A stretch of DNA of 64,000 bases from Dehalococcoidia bacterium (GCA_965200555.1 OZ241365.1:920605-984604); one strand, 5' to 3'; positions 1 to 9,429 are shown, numbered from the stretch's first letter. Notes: a model not told the origin generated them from the letters alone. Program-made: numbers and translations.

Positions 1-21
1 ACCCCGTCGCCGCGGCGGGCG

Positions 22-2577
22 TCACGAGGCGGCGAACGCGCGGCAGCGGATCGCCCGCTCGAGGTCGTCGTTGGCCTCGCGCAGCGAGCGCCGCAGCAGC
101 GGCAGCCGCTCGCCGAGCTCGCCGAGCAGCGCCAGCGAGCGGTCGAGCACGCGCTGCTCGACGCGGCCGTGGGGGAAGAGGCTGGCGAACCACGCGCGCG
201 TGAACTCGTTCTCGCGCCCGGCGAAGACCTCGGGCGCGCGCTCGAAGAACTCCATCGTCCAGGGTTCCAGCAGCCCGCGCTGGACGTGCCAGTGGAAGCC
301 GGACATCGCGGCGGCGGTGAGGTGCAGCGAGCCGTAGCCCTCCTCGCGGAAGCGCCGCCACGCCTCGGCCTTCACGGCGGCGTCGGGGACGGACGCCGCG
401 CAGCGCAGGGCGGCGCGCTGGCCGCGGTCCGAGGGGTCGCGCGCGCGCTCCGCCTCGACGCGCGCGTCCGCGCCCCCGGCGCCGTGCGCGACCGCGCGCG
501 CGGCGATCTCCCAGCGCATGTCCTGGTCCACCGTCAGCCCCGGCACGTCCAGTTCGCCGTCGGCGAGCGCCATCGCGCGCGCGAGGTCGCCGGGCGCGAT
601 CGCGAGGCCGATCAGCGCGCGCGCCCAGATGATGCGCGCGTCGGCGGCGGAGTCGTCCGCGGGCAGCGCGTTCAGCGCCTCCCACGCCACCTCCGAGAAG
701 CGGTGCGCCTCCTCCTCGCGGCGGTCGTCGGGCACGAAGCGCGCGATCGCCGTCGTGGCGGTGGCGAGCACCGTCTCGATCAGCTCGATGTCGGCCTCCG
801 CCGTCACCTTCGAGGCGGCCAGCGGCAGGTAGTCGGTCGAGCGCAGCTGGCGGTCGCGCACCATGTTCCACAGCGCCTGCCAGATCAGCTGCCGCAGCAG
901 CGGGTCCGCGATGCGCTCGAGGCGCTCCCGCACGTAGCCGAGCGAACGCTCGTCGAGCGCCACCTTGGCGAAGGCGTGGTCGTGCAGGTTCGGCATCACC
1001 AGCAGCGGCTCGGGCAGGCCGGCCGCCGCGGGCACATCGGTGCGCGGCCCGTCGATCGAGACGGCGAGGGCCTCGGCTTCGGCGCGCCCGCCGTCCTCGG
1101 TCACGAGCGCGACGTCGAGGCGGTGGGGGCGCAGCGTGGGGTGCTCCTCGGGCGCGGTCTGATCGATGGCGAGGGCGGCGATGCGGCCGTCCTCGGCGCG
1201 CCAGTCGGCGGCGACGGTGTTGAGCGAGGCGGTCTCGAGCCAGAGCGCGGCCCACTCGCGCAGGTCGCGCCCGGCGCCCTCGCCGATGGCGTCGAGGAAC
1301 TCGGCGAGGGTGGTGTTGCCGAAGGCGTGGCGGCGGAAGTAGCGGCGCATCCCGTCGCGGAAGGCGTCCGCGCCGACGGCGGCGACGAGCTGCTTGAGCA
1401 CCGCCGCGCCCTTGCCGTAGGTGATGCCGTCGAAGTTGAGGAAGGTGGCGTCGGTGTCCGGCACCTGCCCGGCGATGGGGTGCGTCGTCGGCAGCTGGTC
1501 CTGGCGGTAGGCCCACGCCTTCATGCCGGAGTTGAAGGCCAGCCACGCCGAGCCGAAGCGCGTCGCCTCGGCCATCGCGAGGTAGGCCATGTAGGTGGCG
1601 AAGCTCTCGTTCAGCCAGAGGTCGTTCCACCAGCGCATCGTCACGAGGTCGCCGAACCACATGTGCGCCATCTCGTGGAGGATGACCTCGGCGCGTCCGA
1701 GCCGCTGGTTGTCGGTCGGGGGGTCGCGGAAGACCATGCGCTCCGAGTGCGTGATCGCGCCGACGTTCTCCATCGCCCCGAAGTTGAACTCCGGCACGAA
1801 GACCTGGTCGTACTTGCCGAAGGGGTAGGGGTAGCCGAAGAACTCCGCGTAGAAGTCGAGCCCCTGCTTCGTCACCTCGAACAGCTCGCCGGCGTCGATG
1901 TGGGGCGCCAGCGACTCGCGGCAGAAGAAACCGAGCGGCACGCCGCGGTGGTCGCGCCGGAAGCCGCGGTAGGGGCCGGCGAGGAGCGCGAAGAGGTAGG
2001 TGGAGAACGGCGCGGTGCGCGCGAAGCGCCGCCGCACCCGCCCGTCCGCCAGCGGCGCGCGCTCCACCTCGGCGGAGTTGGCGATCAGCACCCATTCGGC
2101 GGGCGCGTCCACGGTCAGCTCGTAGGTCGCCTTGAGGTCGGGCTGGTCGAAGCAGGGGAAGAGGCGGTGGGCGTTGTAGGGCTCGAAGTTGGTGTAGAGG
2201 TACTCGGCGCCGTCCTCGGGGTCGACGAACTGGTGGAAGCCGTCGCCGGTGTGGTCGTAGTCGTGCTCCCAGGCGACGCGCACCTCGTTGCGCGCGGCCA
2301 GCGCCGCGGCCGGCAGCGTCAGCCGGTACGGCCCCGGCGAGGGCTCGACGGCCACGCCGTTGACCTCGAGGCGCTCGACGCCGCCGCCGCGGTGGTCGAG
2401 GTGGAGGTCGCCCTCGCCCGCGAGGCCGAAGCGGATCGCGGCCTCGCCGCGGTAGCGTTCCGCGCCGGGGACGAGGTCGAGCCGCAGTTCGTAGGAGACG
2501 CCGCCGACGCGGGCGGCGCGCGTGGCGGCCTCCTCCTGCGTCAGCACGTCGCGCACGGCGTCGGCCCCGGTCGTCAT
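22..2577 (-). CDS. pepN: Aminopeptidase N (M1 family metallopeptidase)
   Basis: Within the ORF 22..4620 the real protein begins at MTTGADAV (start codon complement at 2575-2577). It carries the GAMEN exopeptidase motif and the HEMAHMWFGD...E zinc-binding HEXXH motif. The 851-aa length is typical of PepN, and the stop TGA (complement) sits at 22-24. The upstream 680 aa of the ORF is Arg-rich artefact. Confidence 0.9.
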   Translation of the reverse strand: MTTGADAVRDVLTQEEAATRAARVGGVSYELRLDLVPGAERYRGEAAIRFGLAGEGDLHLDHRGGGVERLEVNGVAVEPSPGPYRLTLPAAALAARNEVRVAWEHDYDHTGDGFHQFVDPEDGAEYLYTNFEPYNAHRLFPCFDQPDLKATYELTVDAPAEWVLIANSAEVERAPLADGRVRRRFARTAPFSTYLFALLAGPYRGFRRDHRGVPLGFFCRESLAPHIDAGELFEVTKQGLDFYAEFFGYPYPFGKYDQVFVPEFNFGAMENVGAITHSERMVFRDPPTDNQRLGRAEVILHEMAHMWFGDLVTMRWWNDLWLNESFATYMAYLAMAEATRFGSAWLAFNSGMKAWAYRQDQLPTTHPIAGQVPDTDATFLNFDGITYGKGAAVLKQLVAAVGADAFRDGMRRYFRRHAFGNTTLAEFLDAIGEGAGRDLREWAALWLETASLNTVAADWRAEDGRIAALAIDQTAPEEHPTLRPHRLDVALVTEDGGRAEAEALAVSIDGPRTDVPAAAGLPEPLLVMPNLHDHAFAKVALDERSLGYVRERLERIADPLLRQLIWQALWNMVRDRQLRSTDYLPLAASKVTAEADIELIETVLATATTAIARFVPDDRREEEAHRFSEVAWEALNALPADDSAADARIIWARALIGLAIAPGDLARAMALADGELDVPGLTVDQDMRWEIAARAVAHGAGGADARVEAERARDPSDRGQRAALRCAASVPDAAVKAEAWRRFREEGYGSLHLTAAAMSGFHWHVQRGLLEPWTMEFFERAPEVFAGRENEFTRAWFASLFPHGRVEQRVLDRSLALLGELGERLPLLRRSLREANDDLERAIRCRAFAAS

Positions 2578-2775
2578 CGGCGTCTCCCGGCGTTGGCGCG
2601 GCGGCGGGCGGCGCGCCGCCCGCCGCTCCGAGTATAGCGCGCCGCCCGGCACGCTCAGCCCCCTCGGGCCGAACAGGATCGGGAGATCGCGATCGCCGGC
2701 GGCCCGCGCCGCGCCGCGTCCGCCGCCGCGCGCCGCCGTGCCAGCCTGCGCGACGCATCGAGGGGGCGCGAGGCG

Positions 2776-3687
2776 ATGGCCGAGGCGGGCGGCGGCGGGA
2801 ACGGCGATCCCGCGCCGTGGCTCGAGGGGCACGCCGGACGGCTGGGCGAGGCGCTCGGCCTCGACATCGAGATCACGGGGCGCGAGGCGGCCTGCCTGAT
2901 CGGCCGCGAGGCCGGCAGCGGCCGCGACGTGCTCGTCGGGGGCCGGCCGGGACCCACCGGCGACGCCGGCCTCGGCGGGCTGCTCGCCCGCGCCGCCGCC
3001 CTCGGCGCGCGCATCGTGGTGTGGGTCGGCGGCGAGGTGCGCGACGAGCACCGCGAGGCGATCCGCTGGCTCAACGCCTCGGACGCCGTCGCCTTCTTCG
3101 CCGTCGAGGCAACGGCGCCTCGCGGCGGCGGCCCGCTCCCGCGCCTCCGCGTGGCGGCGGGGCCCGCCCCGCCCGCGCGGGTCAAGGGCCGGCGGCCGCC
3201 GCCCGCGACCGCCGAGGGGAAGGCGTACCAAGCGTTCTACGGCGACCTGGTCGACCTGCTCAGGGAACGGCGCTTCACCGAGGCGCGCCGGAGCAGCGTC
3301 GGCACGGCCCCGTCGAAGACGTTCGGGTGGGGCATGAGGGGCTGCGCGGTGCGGATGGCGTTCGGGGAGGGCGAGTTCCGCGTCCAGCTCGTCGTCGAGG
3401 GCGGCACGAAGCAGCAGAACAAGGCGGTCTTCGACCGCCTGCACGCCGAGCGCGAGGCTATCGAGGCCGCACTGGGCGAGGCGCCCGCGTGGCTCCGCCT
3501 CGATCGCCTCAAGACGTCGCGCCTCGAATTCCGCAGGCCGGGATCGGTCGCGGCCTCCTCCGCCGCGGAGCTCGGCGAGCTGAAGCGCTGGGCCGCCGAC
3601 CTGCTGCCGCTCCTGCGCGACGTGTTCGGCCCGCGCGTCGCCGCGCTCAACCTCGACGCGCTGACCGCCGAGGCGCGCGAGGCGTGA
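2776..3687 (+). CDS. NucS-like PD-(D/E)XK nuclease-fold / DUF4268-like protein, degenerate paralog (catalytic motif lost)
   Basis: 303 aa and clearly paralogous to the next gene (WLxxHAxxLGxALGLxIE..., IVVW..., EHRxAIxWLN, AVAFFAVE, and the C-terminal ...RWAxDLLPxxRDxFxPRxAALxLDALxAEA). The segment corresponding to [32 protein letters not shown] is replaced here by LIGREAGSGRDVLVGGRPGPTGDAGLGGLL. Confidence 0.55.
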   Translation: MAEAGGGGNGDPAPWLEGHAGRLGEALGLDIEITGREAACLIGREAGSGRDVLVGGRPGPTGDAGLGGLLARAAALGARIVVWVGGEVRDEHREAIRWLNASDAVAFFAVEATAPRGGGPLPRLRVAAGPAPPARVKGRRPPPATAEGKAYQAFYGDLVDLLRERRFTEARRSSVGTAPSKTFGWGMRGCAVRMAFGEGEFRVQLVVEGGTKQQNKAVFDRLHAEREAIEAALGEAPAWLRLDRLKTSRLEFRRPGSVAASSAAELGELKRWAADLLPLLRDVFGPRVAALNLDALTAEAREA

Positions 3688-3750
3688 CCGCCGCCGCGCC
3701 GCCGCAACGCGGGGGCGTGCTACGCTGCGGCGCGAGGGGGCAAGCGGGCG

Positions 3751-4740
3751 ATGGCCGAGCTGGGCAGCATCACGAACGTGGACCCGCGCACCGTATGGCC
3801 GAACGAGGCCGGCGACTTCACGCCGTGGCTCGCGGAGCACGCCGACCTGCTCGGCGCGGCGCTGGGACTGGAAATCGAGACGGAGCAGCGCGAGGCCGCG
3901 GTCGGCGCGTTCAGCCTCGACCTGCTCGGCAGGGAGGTCGGCAGCGATCGCGTCGTGATCGTCGAGAACCAGCTGGAGCGCACCGATCACGGCCACCTCG
4001 GCCAGCTGCTCGCCTACGCCGCCGGCCTCGACGCGAAGATCGTGGTCTGGATCAGTCCCGACGTGCGCGAAGAGCACCGCGACGCCATCCACTGGCTCAA
4101 CGAGCAGACCACCGACGCGGTGGCCTTCTTCGCCGTCGAACTGGAGGTGTGGCGGATCGGGGAATCGCTGCCCGCTCCGCGCTTCAACGTGGTGGCAAGG
4201 CCGAGCGGATTCCAGCGGACGATCATACAGAGGACATCTGCCGCACCAAGCGAACGCGGCATCGCCTACCAGCAGTTTTTCCGTGACCTTGTGGGGCGGT
4301 TGCACGCACAACATCCCGGCTTTGCCCGCACTAATCTCGATCTGATCCGCTATGACAACTGGACAAGCTTTGGTGCGGGCCAATCCGGGTTCTCGATCGA
4401 GGCAGCGTTCGCACGCGATCGGTTCCGCGTCGATCTCTACATTTCCAATATGGGTACCGAACGGACCAGTGCAGCCTTCAACAGCCTGCATGGAAGCCGC
4501 GAAGCCGTAGAAGAAGAACTCGGCATGGCATTGGAATGGGAGCGGCTCCCGCGGACGTTCCGGGTAGCGGCATACCGGGATGGCGGTATCGACTCTGCCG
4601 AGGCCGTACTCGAAGCGCACAAGCGCTGGGCCGTCGACCTGCTCCCCCGCTTCCGCGACGCCTTCCAGCCGCGCATCGCCGCGCTCGACCTCGACGCGCT
4701 CGCCGCCGAGGCGTTCGAGTACGAGGAGGACGACGCATGA
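3751..4740 (+). CDS. NucS/EndoMS-like PD-(D/E)XK nuclease domain protein with DUF4268-type C-terminal region
   Basis: 329 aa. The N-terminal region has the LDLL...[25 protein letters not shown] pattern, matching the RecB-like nuclease core of NucS (DLL...VEIKR...QLTRYL) with ENQ in place of EIK. A GAGGGGG RBS lies 10 nt upstream. The stop TGA overlaps the hemB ATG (ATGA at 4737-4740). Family assignment (DUF4268) is from memory of Pfam and unverified. Confidence 0.6.
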   Translation: MAELGSITNVDPRTVWPNEAGDFTPWLAEHADLLGAALGLEIETEQREAAVGAFSLDLLGREVGSDRVVIVENQLERTDHGHLGQLLAYAAGLDAKIVVWISPDVREEHRDAIHWLNEQTTDAVAFFAVELEVWRIGESLPAPRFNVVARPSGFQRTIIQRTSAAPSERGIAYQQFFRDLVGRLHAQHPGFARTNLDLIRYDNWTSFGAGQSGFSIEAAFARDRFRVDLYISNMGTERTSAAFNSLHGSREAVEEELGMALEWERLPRTFRVAAYRDGGIDSAEAVLEAHKRWAVDLLPRFRDAFQPRIAALDLDALAAEAFEYEEDDA

Positions 4741-5771
4741 CCATCGCCCCCACCGCTCCCGCGCCCACCGCCGCAGCCGCGCCGTTCGCGCGCACGAGGC
4801 GGATGCGGGCGAGCGAGGCGCTGCGCGGGCTGGCGCGGGAGACGCGGCTCGACCCCTCGGCGTTCGTGTACCCGCTGTTCGCCGTCGAGGGGCGCGGGGT
4901 GCGCGAGCCGATCGCGTCGATGCCGGGGCAGCGCCGGCTCTCGACCGACATGCTCGCGGACGAGGCGCGCGAGCTGCGCGAGCTGGGCGTGCGCGCGGTG
5001 CTGCTGTTCGGCGTGCCCGGCCGCAAGGACGCCGAGGGCAGCGGCGCGTGGGCGGCGGACGGCATCGCGCAGCGGGCGGCCTCGGCGCTGCGCGACGCCG
5101 ACCCGGCGCTCGCCGTGATCGCCGACGTCTGCCTCTGCGAGTACACCGACCACGGCCACTGCGGCCCCCTCGACGCGCGCGGCGAGGTCGTCAACGACGC
5201 GGCGGTCGAGCTGCTGGCGCGCACCGCCGTCTCGCTCGCCGAAGCGGGGGCCGGCATGGTGGCGCCCTCGGACATGATGGACGGGCGGGTCGGCGCCATC
5301 CGCGCCGAACTCGACGCGGCCGGCCACGCCGGGCTGCCGATCATGGCCTACAGCGCCAAGTACGCCTCGGCGTTCTACGGGCCGTTCCGCGAGGCGGCCG
5401 GCTCCGCCCCGGCGTTCGGCGACCGCCGCGGCTACCAGATGGACCCGCCGAACGTGCGCGAGGCCGTGCGCGAGGCCGCGATCGACGCCGCCGAGGGCGC
5501 CGACGCGGTGATGGTCAAGCCCGCGCTCGCCTACCTCGACGTGGTGCGCGCGGTGCGCGAATCGACCGGCCTGCCGCTGGCGGCGTACAACGTGTCGGGC
5601 GAGTACGCGATGCTGAAGGCGGCGGCGGCGCAAGGCTGGATCGAGGAGGAGCGCGCGGTGCTCGAAACGCTGACCGGCATCCGCCGCGCGGGGGCCGACG
5701 TCGTGATCACCTACCACGCCAAGGAGGCCGCGCGCTGGCTGCGCCGCGCTCCCGCCGGGGACGCCCCGTGA
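4737..5771 (+). CDS. hemB: Porphobilinogen synthase (delta-aminolevulinic acid dehydratase)
   Basis: 344 aa. Conserved HemB motifs are present ([19 protein letters not shown] metal/active-site region, [26 protein letters not shown] active-site Lys, VMVKPA). The ATG at 4737 overlaps the upstream stop. Confidence 0.92.
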   Translation: MTIAPTAPAPTAAAAPFARTRRMRASEALRGLARETRLDPSAFVYPLFAVEGRGVREPIASMPGQRRLSTDMLADEARELRELGVRAVLLFGVPGRKDAEGSGAWAADGIAQRAASALRDADPALAVIADVCLCEYTDHGHCGPLDARGEVVNDAAVELLARTAVSLAEAGAGMVAPSDMMDGRVGAIRAELDAAGHAGLPIMAYSAKYASAFYGPFREAAGSAPAFGDRRGYQMDPPNVREAVREAAIDAAEGADAVMVKPALAYLDVVRAVRESTGLPLAAYNVSGEYAMLKAAAAQGWIEEERAVLETLTGIRRAGADVVITYHAKEAARWLRRAPAGDAP

Positions 5772-6580
5772 GCGGCGGGGACGGCGCCCTCCCGCCCTTC
5801 GACGCCGGAGCGATCCGCGCCGTCGCCTTCGACGCCTACGGCACGCTCTTCGACTGGGACTTCCGCGCCTGCCTCGCGCAGGCGCTCGCCGAGCAGGGCC
5901 TCGCCGTCGAGGACCTCGACGCCGTCGCCCACAGCTTCGAGCAGGCGTGGAACAGGGTCAGCCCGTTCGCCGAACCCGGCGGCGGCGAGAAGCCCGACCG
6001 CGAGCTGCTGCTCGCCGGCGAGGCGCCCGAGTTCGTCACGACGTGGGAGATCTGGCGGCGGCAGTTCGCGTGGGTGTTCGGCGAGCAGGGCCTCGCCGGC
6101 GACGCGGGGGCGGGAGCCGACCTCTTCCGCGAGGTGCTGGGCCGCGCGCCGGCCTACCCCGACGCGCACGCGGCGGTGGACGCCCTCGCCGCGGCGGGCT
6201 ACCGGCTGGGGCTGCTGTCGAACGCCGACGAGGACTTCCTGCAGAGCGCGATCTCGCACAACCGGCTGCGCTTCTCCGTGATCCAGTCCTCGGAGTCGCT
6301 GCGCTGCTACAAGCCGCACCAGTCCACCTTCGGCGAACTCTGCCGGCGGCTCGGCTGCGAGCCGGGCGAGGTGCTGTACGTCGGCGACTCGCCGCAGGCC
6401 GACGTGCTGGGCGCGCGCCACGCCGGACTGCGCGTCGCCTGGCTGCGCCGCCGCGGCGACGGCTACGAGCTGCCCGAGGACTACCCCAGGCCCGACCGCG
6501 CCGTGGACTCGCTCGCCGCCGCCGCCGCCGTCCTCGGCGTCGGCGAGGCCGCCGGCGCCGCCGCCGGAGCGCGCTCGTGA
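5768..6580 (+). CDS. HAD-superfamily hydrolase (haloacid dehalogenase-like)
   Basis: It has the HAD motif [11 protein letters not shown], motif III K (CYKPH) and motif [16 protein letters not shown]. The GTG start at 5768 overlaps the hemB stop (GTGA), so the exact start is uncertain. Confidence 0.7.
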   Translation: MSGGDGALPPFDAGAIRAVAFDAYGTLFDWDFRACLAQALAEQGLAVEDLDAVAHSFEQAWNRVSPFAEPGGGEKPDRELLLAGEAPEFVTTWEIWRRQFAWVFGEQGLAGDAGAGADLFREVLGRAPAYPDAHAAVDALAAAGYRLGLLSNADEDFLQSAISHNRLRFSVIQSSESLRCYKPHQSTFGELCRRLGCEPGEVLYVGDSPQADVLGARHAGLRVAWLRRRGDGYELPEDYPRPDRAVDSLAAAAAVLGVGEAAGAAAGARS

Positions 6581-7899
6581 CCGCCGAGGGGCCGCGCGGG
6601 CCGGCGCGCGAGCGCTCGCGCGCGATCATGGAGCGCGCGCGCGCCGTGCTGCCGGGCGGCGTCAACTCGCCCGCCCGCGCCTACCGCGCCGTCGGCGGCG
6701 ACCCGATCGTGCTCGAACGCGGCGAGGGCGCGATCACCGTCGACGCCGACGGCAACGAGTACGCCGACTACCTCGGCTCGTTCGGGCCGCTGATCCTCGG
6801 CCACGCCCACCCCGCCGTCGTCGAGGCGGTGCGCGCCGCCGCCGCGCGCGGCGCCTCGTTCGGCGCCACCACCGAGGCCGAAGCCGAACTCGCCGAGCTC
6901 GTCGCCGACGCGCTGCCCTCGGTCGAGATGCTGCGCTTCGTCAACTCCGGCACCGAGGCCGCGATGAGCGCGCTGCGGCTCGCCCGCGCCGCCACCGGCC
7001 GCGACCTGATCGTGAAGTTCGAGGGCTGCTACCACGGCCACGCCGACGGCCTGCTCGCCGCCGCCGGCTCCGGCGTCGCCACCCTCGGGCTGCCCGACTC
7101 GCCCGGCGTGCCCGCCGCCTTCGCCGCGCAGACGATCGTCGCGCCCTACAACGACGCCGCGGCCGTCCGCGCCGTCCTCGAGGCGCGCCCGGGCGAGGTC
7201 GCCGCCGTGATCGTCGAGCCGGTGGCCGGCAACATGGGCGTCGTCGCGCCCGCGGCGGGGTTCCTCGAGGCGCTGCGCGCGCTCTGCGACGAGCACGGCG
7301 CGCTGCTCGTGTTCGACGAGGTGATCACCGGCTTCCGCCTCGGCTGGTCGGGCGCGCAGGGCCGCTTCGGCGTGCTGCCGGACCTCACCGCGCTCGGCAA
7401 GGTGATCGGCGGCGGCCTGCCGGTGGGGGCCTACGGCGGGCCGCGCGCGCTGCTGGAGCGGATGGCGCCGGCCGGCGACGTCTACCAGGCGGGCACGCTC
7501 TCCGGCAACCCGCTGGCGACCGCCGCCGGCCTCGCCACGCTGCGCGTGCTGCGCGCCGCCGAGACCGCCTACGAGCGCCTCGACGCCCTCGCCGCGCGCC
7601 TCGCCGGGGGCGTCGCGGCGGCGGCGGCGGACGCCGGCCTGCCCCTCGCCGTCGCCCGCGAGGGCTCGATGCTGACCCCCTTCTTCCGCGAATCGCCCCC
7701 GCGCGACTACGCCGAGGCCGCCGCGAGCGACACCGCGCGCTTCGCCCGCTTCCACCGCGCCATGCTCGACCGCGGCGTCCTGCTCCCGCCCTCGCAGTTC
7801 GAGGCGTGGTTCGTCTCCCTCGCCCACGACGAGGCGACGATCGACCGCACCGCCGCCGCCGCCCGCGACGCCCTCGCCGCGCTCGCGCGCGACGGGTAG
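6577..7899 (+). CDS. hemL: Glutamate-1-semialdehyde 2,1-aminomutase
   Basis: Strong HemL identity: LPGGVNSPARAY, FVNSGTEA, DEVITGFR, and the TALGKVIGGG PLP-binding lysine. The GTG at 6577 overlaps the HAD stop; an alternative ATG lies at 6628. Confidence 0.9.
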   Translation: MTAEGPRGPARERSRAIMERARAVLPGGVNSPARAYRAVGGDPIVLERGEGAITVDADGNEYADYLGSFGPLILGHAHPAVVEAVRAAAARGASFGATTEAEAELAELVADALPSVEMLRFVNSGTEAAMSALRLARAATGRDLIVKFEGCYHGHADGLLAAAGSGVATLGLPDSPGVPAAFAAQTIVAPYNDAAAVRAVLEARPGEVAAVIVEPVAGNMGVVAPAAGFLEALRALCDEHGALLVFDEVITGFRLGWSGAQGRFGVLPDLTALGKVIGGGLPVGAYGGPRALLERMAPAGDVYQAGTLSGNPLATAAGLATLRVLRAAETAYERLDALAARLAGGVAAAAADAGLPLAVAREGSMLTPFFRESPPRDYAEAAASDTARFARFHRAMLDRGVLLPPSQFEAWFVSLAHDEATIDRTAAAARDALAALARDG

Positions 7900-7950
7900 C
7901 CGCGCCCCTACGCCCGAGGCCGGCGATTGCCCCTCGCGGCATCGCGCCGG

Positions 7951-7997
7951 TATACTCGCGGCGAAGCGGTGCGCTCAACCGCGCGCGCGGTTGAGCG
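7951..7997 (+). promoter_or_regulatory. Putative dnaN promoter -10 (TATACT 7951-7956, within GCCGGTATACTCGCGG) followed by a perfect 26-nt palindrome (7972-7997, CGCTCAACCGCGC|GCGCGGTTGAGCG) in the 5' leader
   Basis: Read directly from the sequence. A TTGCCC -35-like hexamer sits 18 nt upstream. The palindrome lies between the -10 and the GTG start at 8021. Confidence 0.4.
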
Positions 7998-8020
7998 ATT
8001 GGGCCGGCGGGGGGCCGACC

Positions 8021-9310
8021 GTGCGCCTGAACGTACAGCAGGAAGACCTCCACCGCGGCCTCCGCGCCGTCTCGCGCGCCGTGCCCGCACGCAGCACCCT
8101 CCCGATCACGAGCAACATCCTGATCGAGGCCGGCAACGACGACGACGGCAGGGGCAGCCTCAAGCTCTCCGCCACCGACGCCGAGACCATCGCCATCACC
8201 TACACCGTGGGCGCCGAGGTCGAGGAGGACGGGGCGATCACGCTGCCCTCGCGCCTGCTCTCCGACTTCGTCGCCACGCTGCCCCCCGAACCCATCGAAC
8301 TCTCGCTCGCCGAGCGCTCGCGCCAGGTCAGCCTCGTCTGCGCCCGCAACGAGGCCTCGATCGGCGGCATGGCCGCCGAGGACTTCCCGCCGATCCCCCC
8401 CGTCGAGGACGGCGACACGATCCTGCTCGACCCGGGGGCGCTGCGGCGCTCCATCGATTACGTCGCCTTCGCCGCCGCCACCGACGACTCGCGGCCCGTC
8501 CTCACCGGCGTGCACTTCGGCATCCGCGAGGGCGCGCTCAAGCTGGCCGCCGCCGACGGCTTCCGCCTCGCCGTCCACACCGTCGCGCTGTCCGGCGAGC
8601 CTCCCGAACGCGAAGCGGTCGTGCCCGCCCGCGCTCTCACCGAGCTCGCCCGCCTGCTCGGCGAACGGCGCCTGCACGCCATCGAAGAGACGCGGCGGGC
8701 GGCCGACGCGGCCGAGGCCAGCGGAACGGACGGGGAGGCCCCCGACAACCTCAGGAAACAGGCCGACGAGCTGGACGCGACCCGCAGCGGCGAGGGCGGG
8801 GAGGACGTCCGCATGACGTTCAACGCCGCGTCCACGCAGGTGCTGTTCGACCTCGGCCACGCCACGCTCAGCGCCCAGCTGGTGCAGGGATCGTTCCCCA
8901 ACTACGAGCAGCTGATCCCGACCAGCCACACCACGCGCACCGAGGTCGGCCTCGGCGAGTTCACGCGCGAGACGCGCATCGCCTCGATCTTCGCGCGCGA
9001 CGGCTCCGGCATCGTGCGCCTCGTCGCCAGCCCCGGCGCCGACGGCGCGCCCGGCCAGCTCACCGTCACCGCGCGCGGCGAGCAGGGCGGCGACCAGGGC
9101 GGCAGCAACGAGGGCCTGATCGACGCGCTGGTCGAGGGCGAGGAGGCGAAGATCGCCTTCAACAGCCGCTACCTGACCGAGGTGCTCCAGGCCCTCGGCT
9201 CCGACCGCGTCACGATCGAGACCACGTCGCCCTCCAGCCCCGGCGTGCTCCGCCCCGTCGGCGACGACGACTACGTCCACGTCGTCATGCCGATGTTCGT
9301 GCAGTGGTAG
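8021..9310 (+). CDS. dnaN: DNA polymerase III beta subunit (sliding clamp)
   Basis: The N-terminus VRLNVQQEDLHRGLRAVSRAV aligns with the canonical MKFTVEREHLLKPLQQVSG. Three beta-clamp domains are present and the C-terminus ...VVMPMFVQW is typical. The track ORF starts at a TTG at 7991; I prefer the GTG at 8021. An about 45-aa acidic insert (EETRRAADAAEASGTDGEAPDNLRKQADELDATRSGEGGEDV) is present. Confidence 0.85.
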   Translation: MRLNVQQEDLHRGLRAVSRAVPARSTLPITSNILIEAGNDDDGRGSLKLSATDAETIAITYTVGAEVEEDGAITLPSRLLSDFVATLPPEPIELSLAERSRQVSLVCARNEASIGGMAAEDFPPIPPVEDGDTILLDPGALRRSIDYVAFAAATDDSRPVLTGVHFGIREGALKLAAADGFRLAVHTVALSGEPPEREAVVPARALTELARLLGERRLHAIEETRRAADAAEASGTDGEAPDNLRKQADELDATRSGEGGEDVRMTFNAASTQVLFDLGHATLSAQLVQGSFPNYEQLIPTSHTTRTEVGLGEFTRETRIASIFARDGSGIVRLVASPGADGAPGQLTVTARGEQGGDQGGSNEGLIDALVEGEEAKIAFNSRYLTEVLQALGSDRVTIETTSPSSPGVLRPVGDDDYVHVVMPMFVQW

Positions 9311-9429
9311 CGCCCGTCGCGTCCGCGCCCCGCCGGTAAGCGCCCTCGCGCCATCGGCACCCTCGGGCCGCGTCCCCACGCCTCGGCGGGATCGGGCCGC
9401 CTCGAACCGCGCTCGCGCGGCGAGGGCGG

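Noticed and set aside
169-2637. 822-aa plus-strand ORF antisense to pepN, together with the other long Arg/Gly/Pro-rich ORFs (e.g. 2817..4286, 4437..5717, 4580..6580 upstream part, 6481..7827, 7385..10483, 7927..9339, 12141..13454, 12191..13735, 13660..15267, 13779..15398, 15266..18034, 17971..19023, 18735..19958, 19925..21019, 21611..23929, 23676..24815, 23756..25786 upstream part, 24707..26155, 25132..26820 upstream part, 26230..28188, 27816..28844, 29465..30904, 30829..34251, 33326..35362, 34342..35802, 36565..37392, 37355..41455, 38505..40994, 40246..41100, 41040..42014, 41932..45237, 42734..43573, 43890..45896, 44279..46102, 46086..50441, 46202..49945, 51714..53711, 51815..54076, 53917..56439 upstream part, 54825..57767 upstream part, 55809..57428, 57632..59740, 57850..61077, 61275..62486, 61631..62608, 62219..63301, 63084..63869)
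   Set aside because: These are antisense to, or out of frame with, genes that have strong family-level identity. They have extreme low-complexity composition (poly-R/G/A/P), no motifs, and no RBS. Such ORFs are expected at ~72% GC, where stop codons are rare.
22-4620. 1532-aa minus-strand ORF spanning pepN plus 680 aa of Arg/Ala/Gly-rich upstream sequence
   Set aside because: Only the C-terminal 851 aa (from MTTGADAV at 2577) is a recognisable protein (PepN). The upstream part overlaps the well-supported plus-strand NucS-like/DUF4268 genes and is typical high-GC open-frame artefact.
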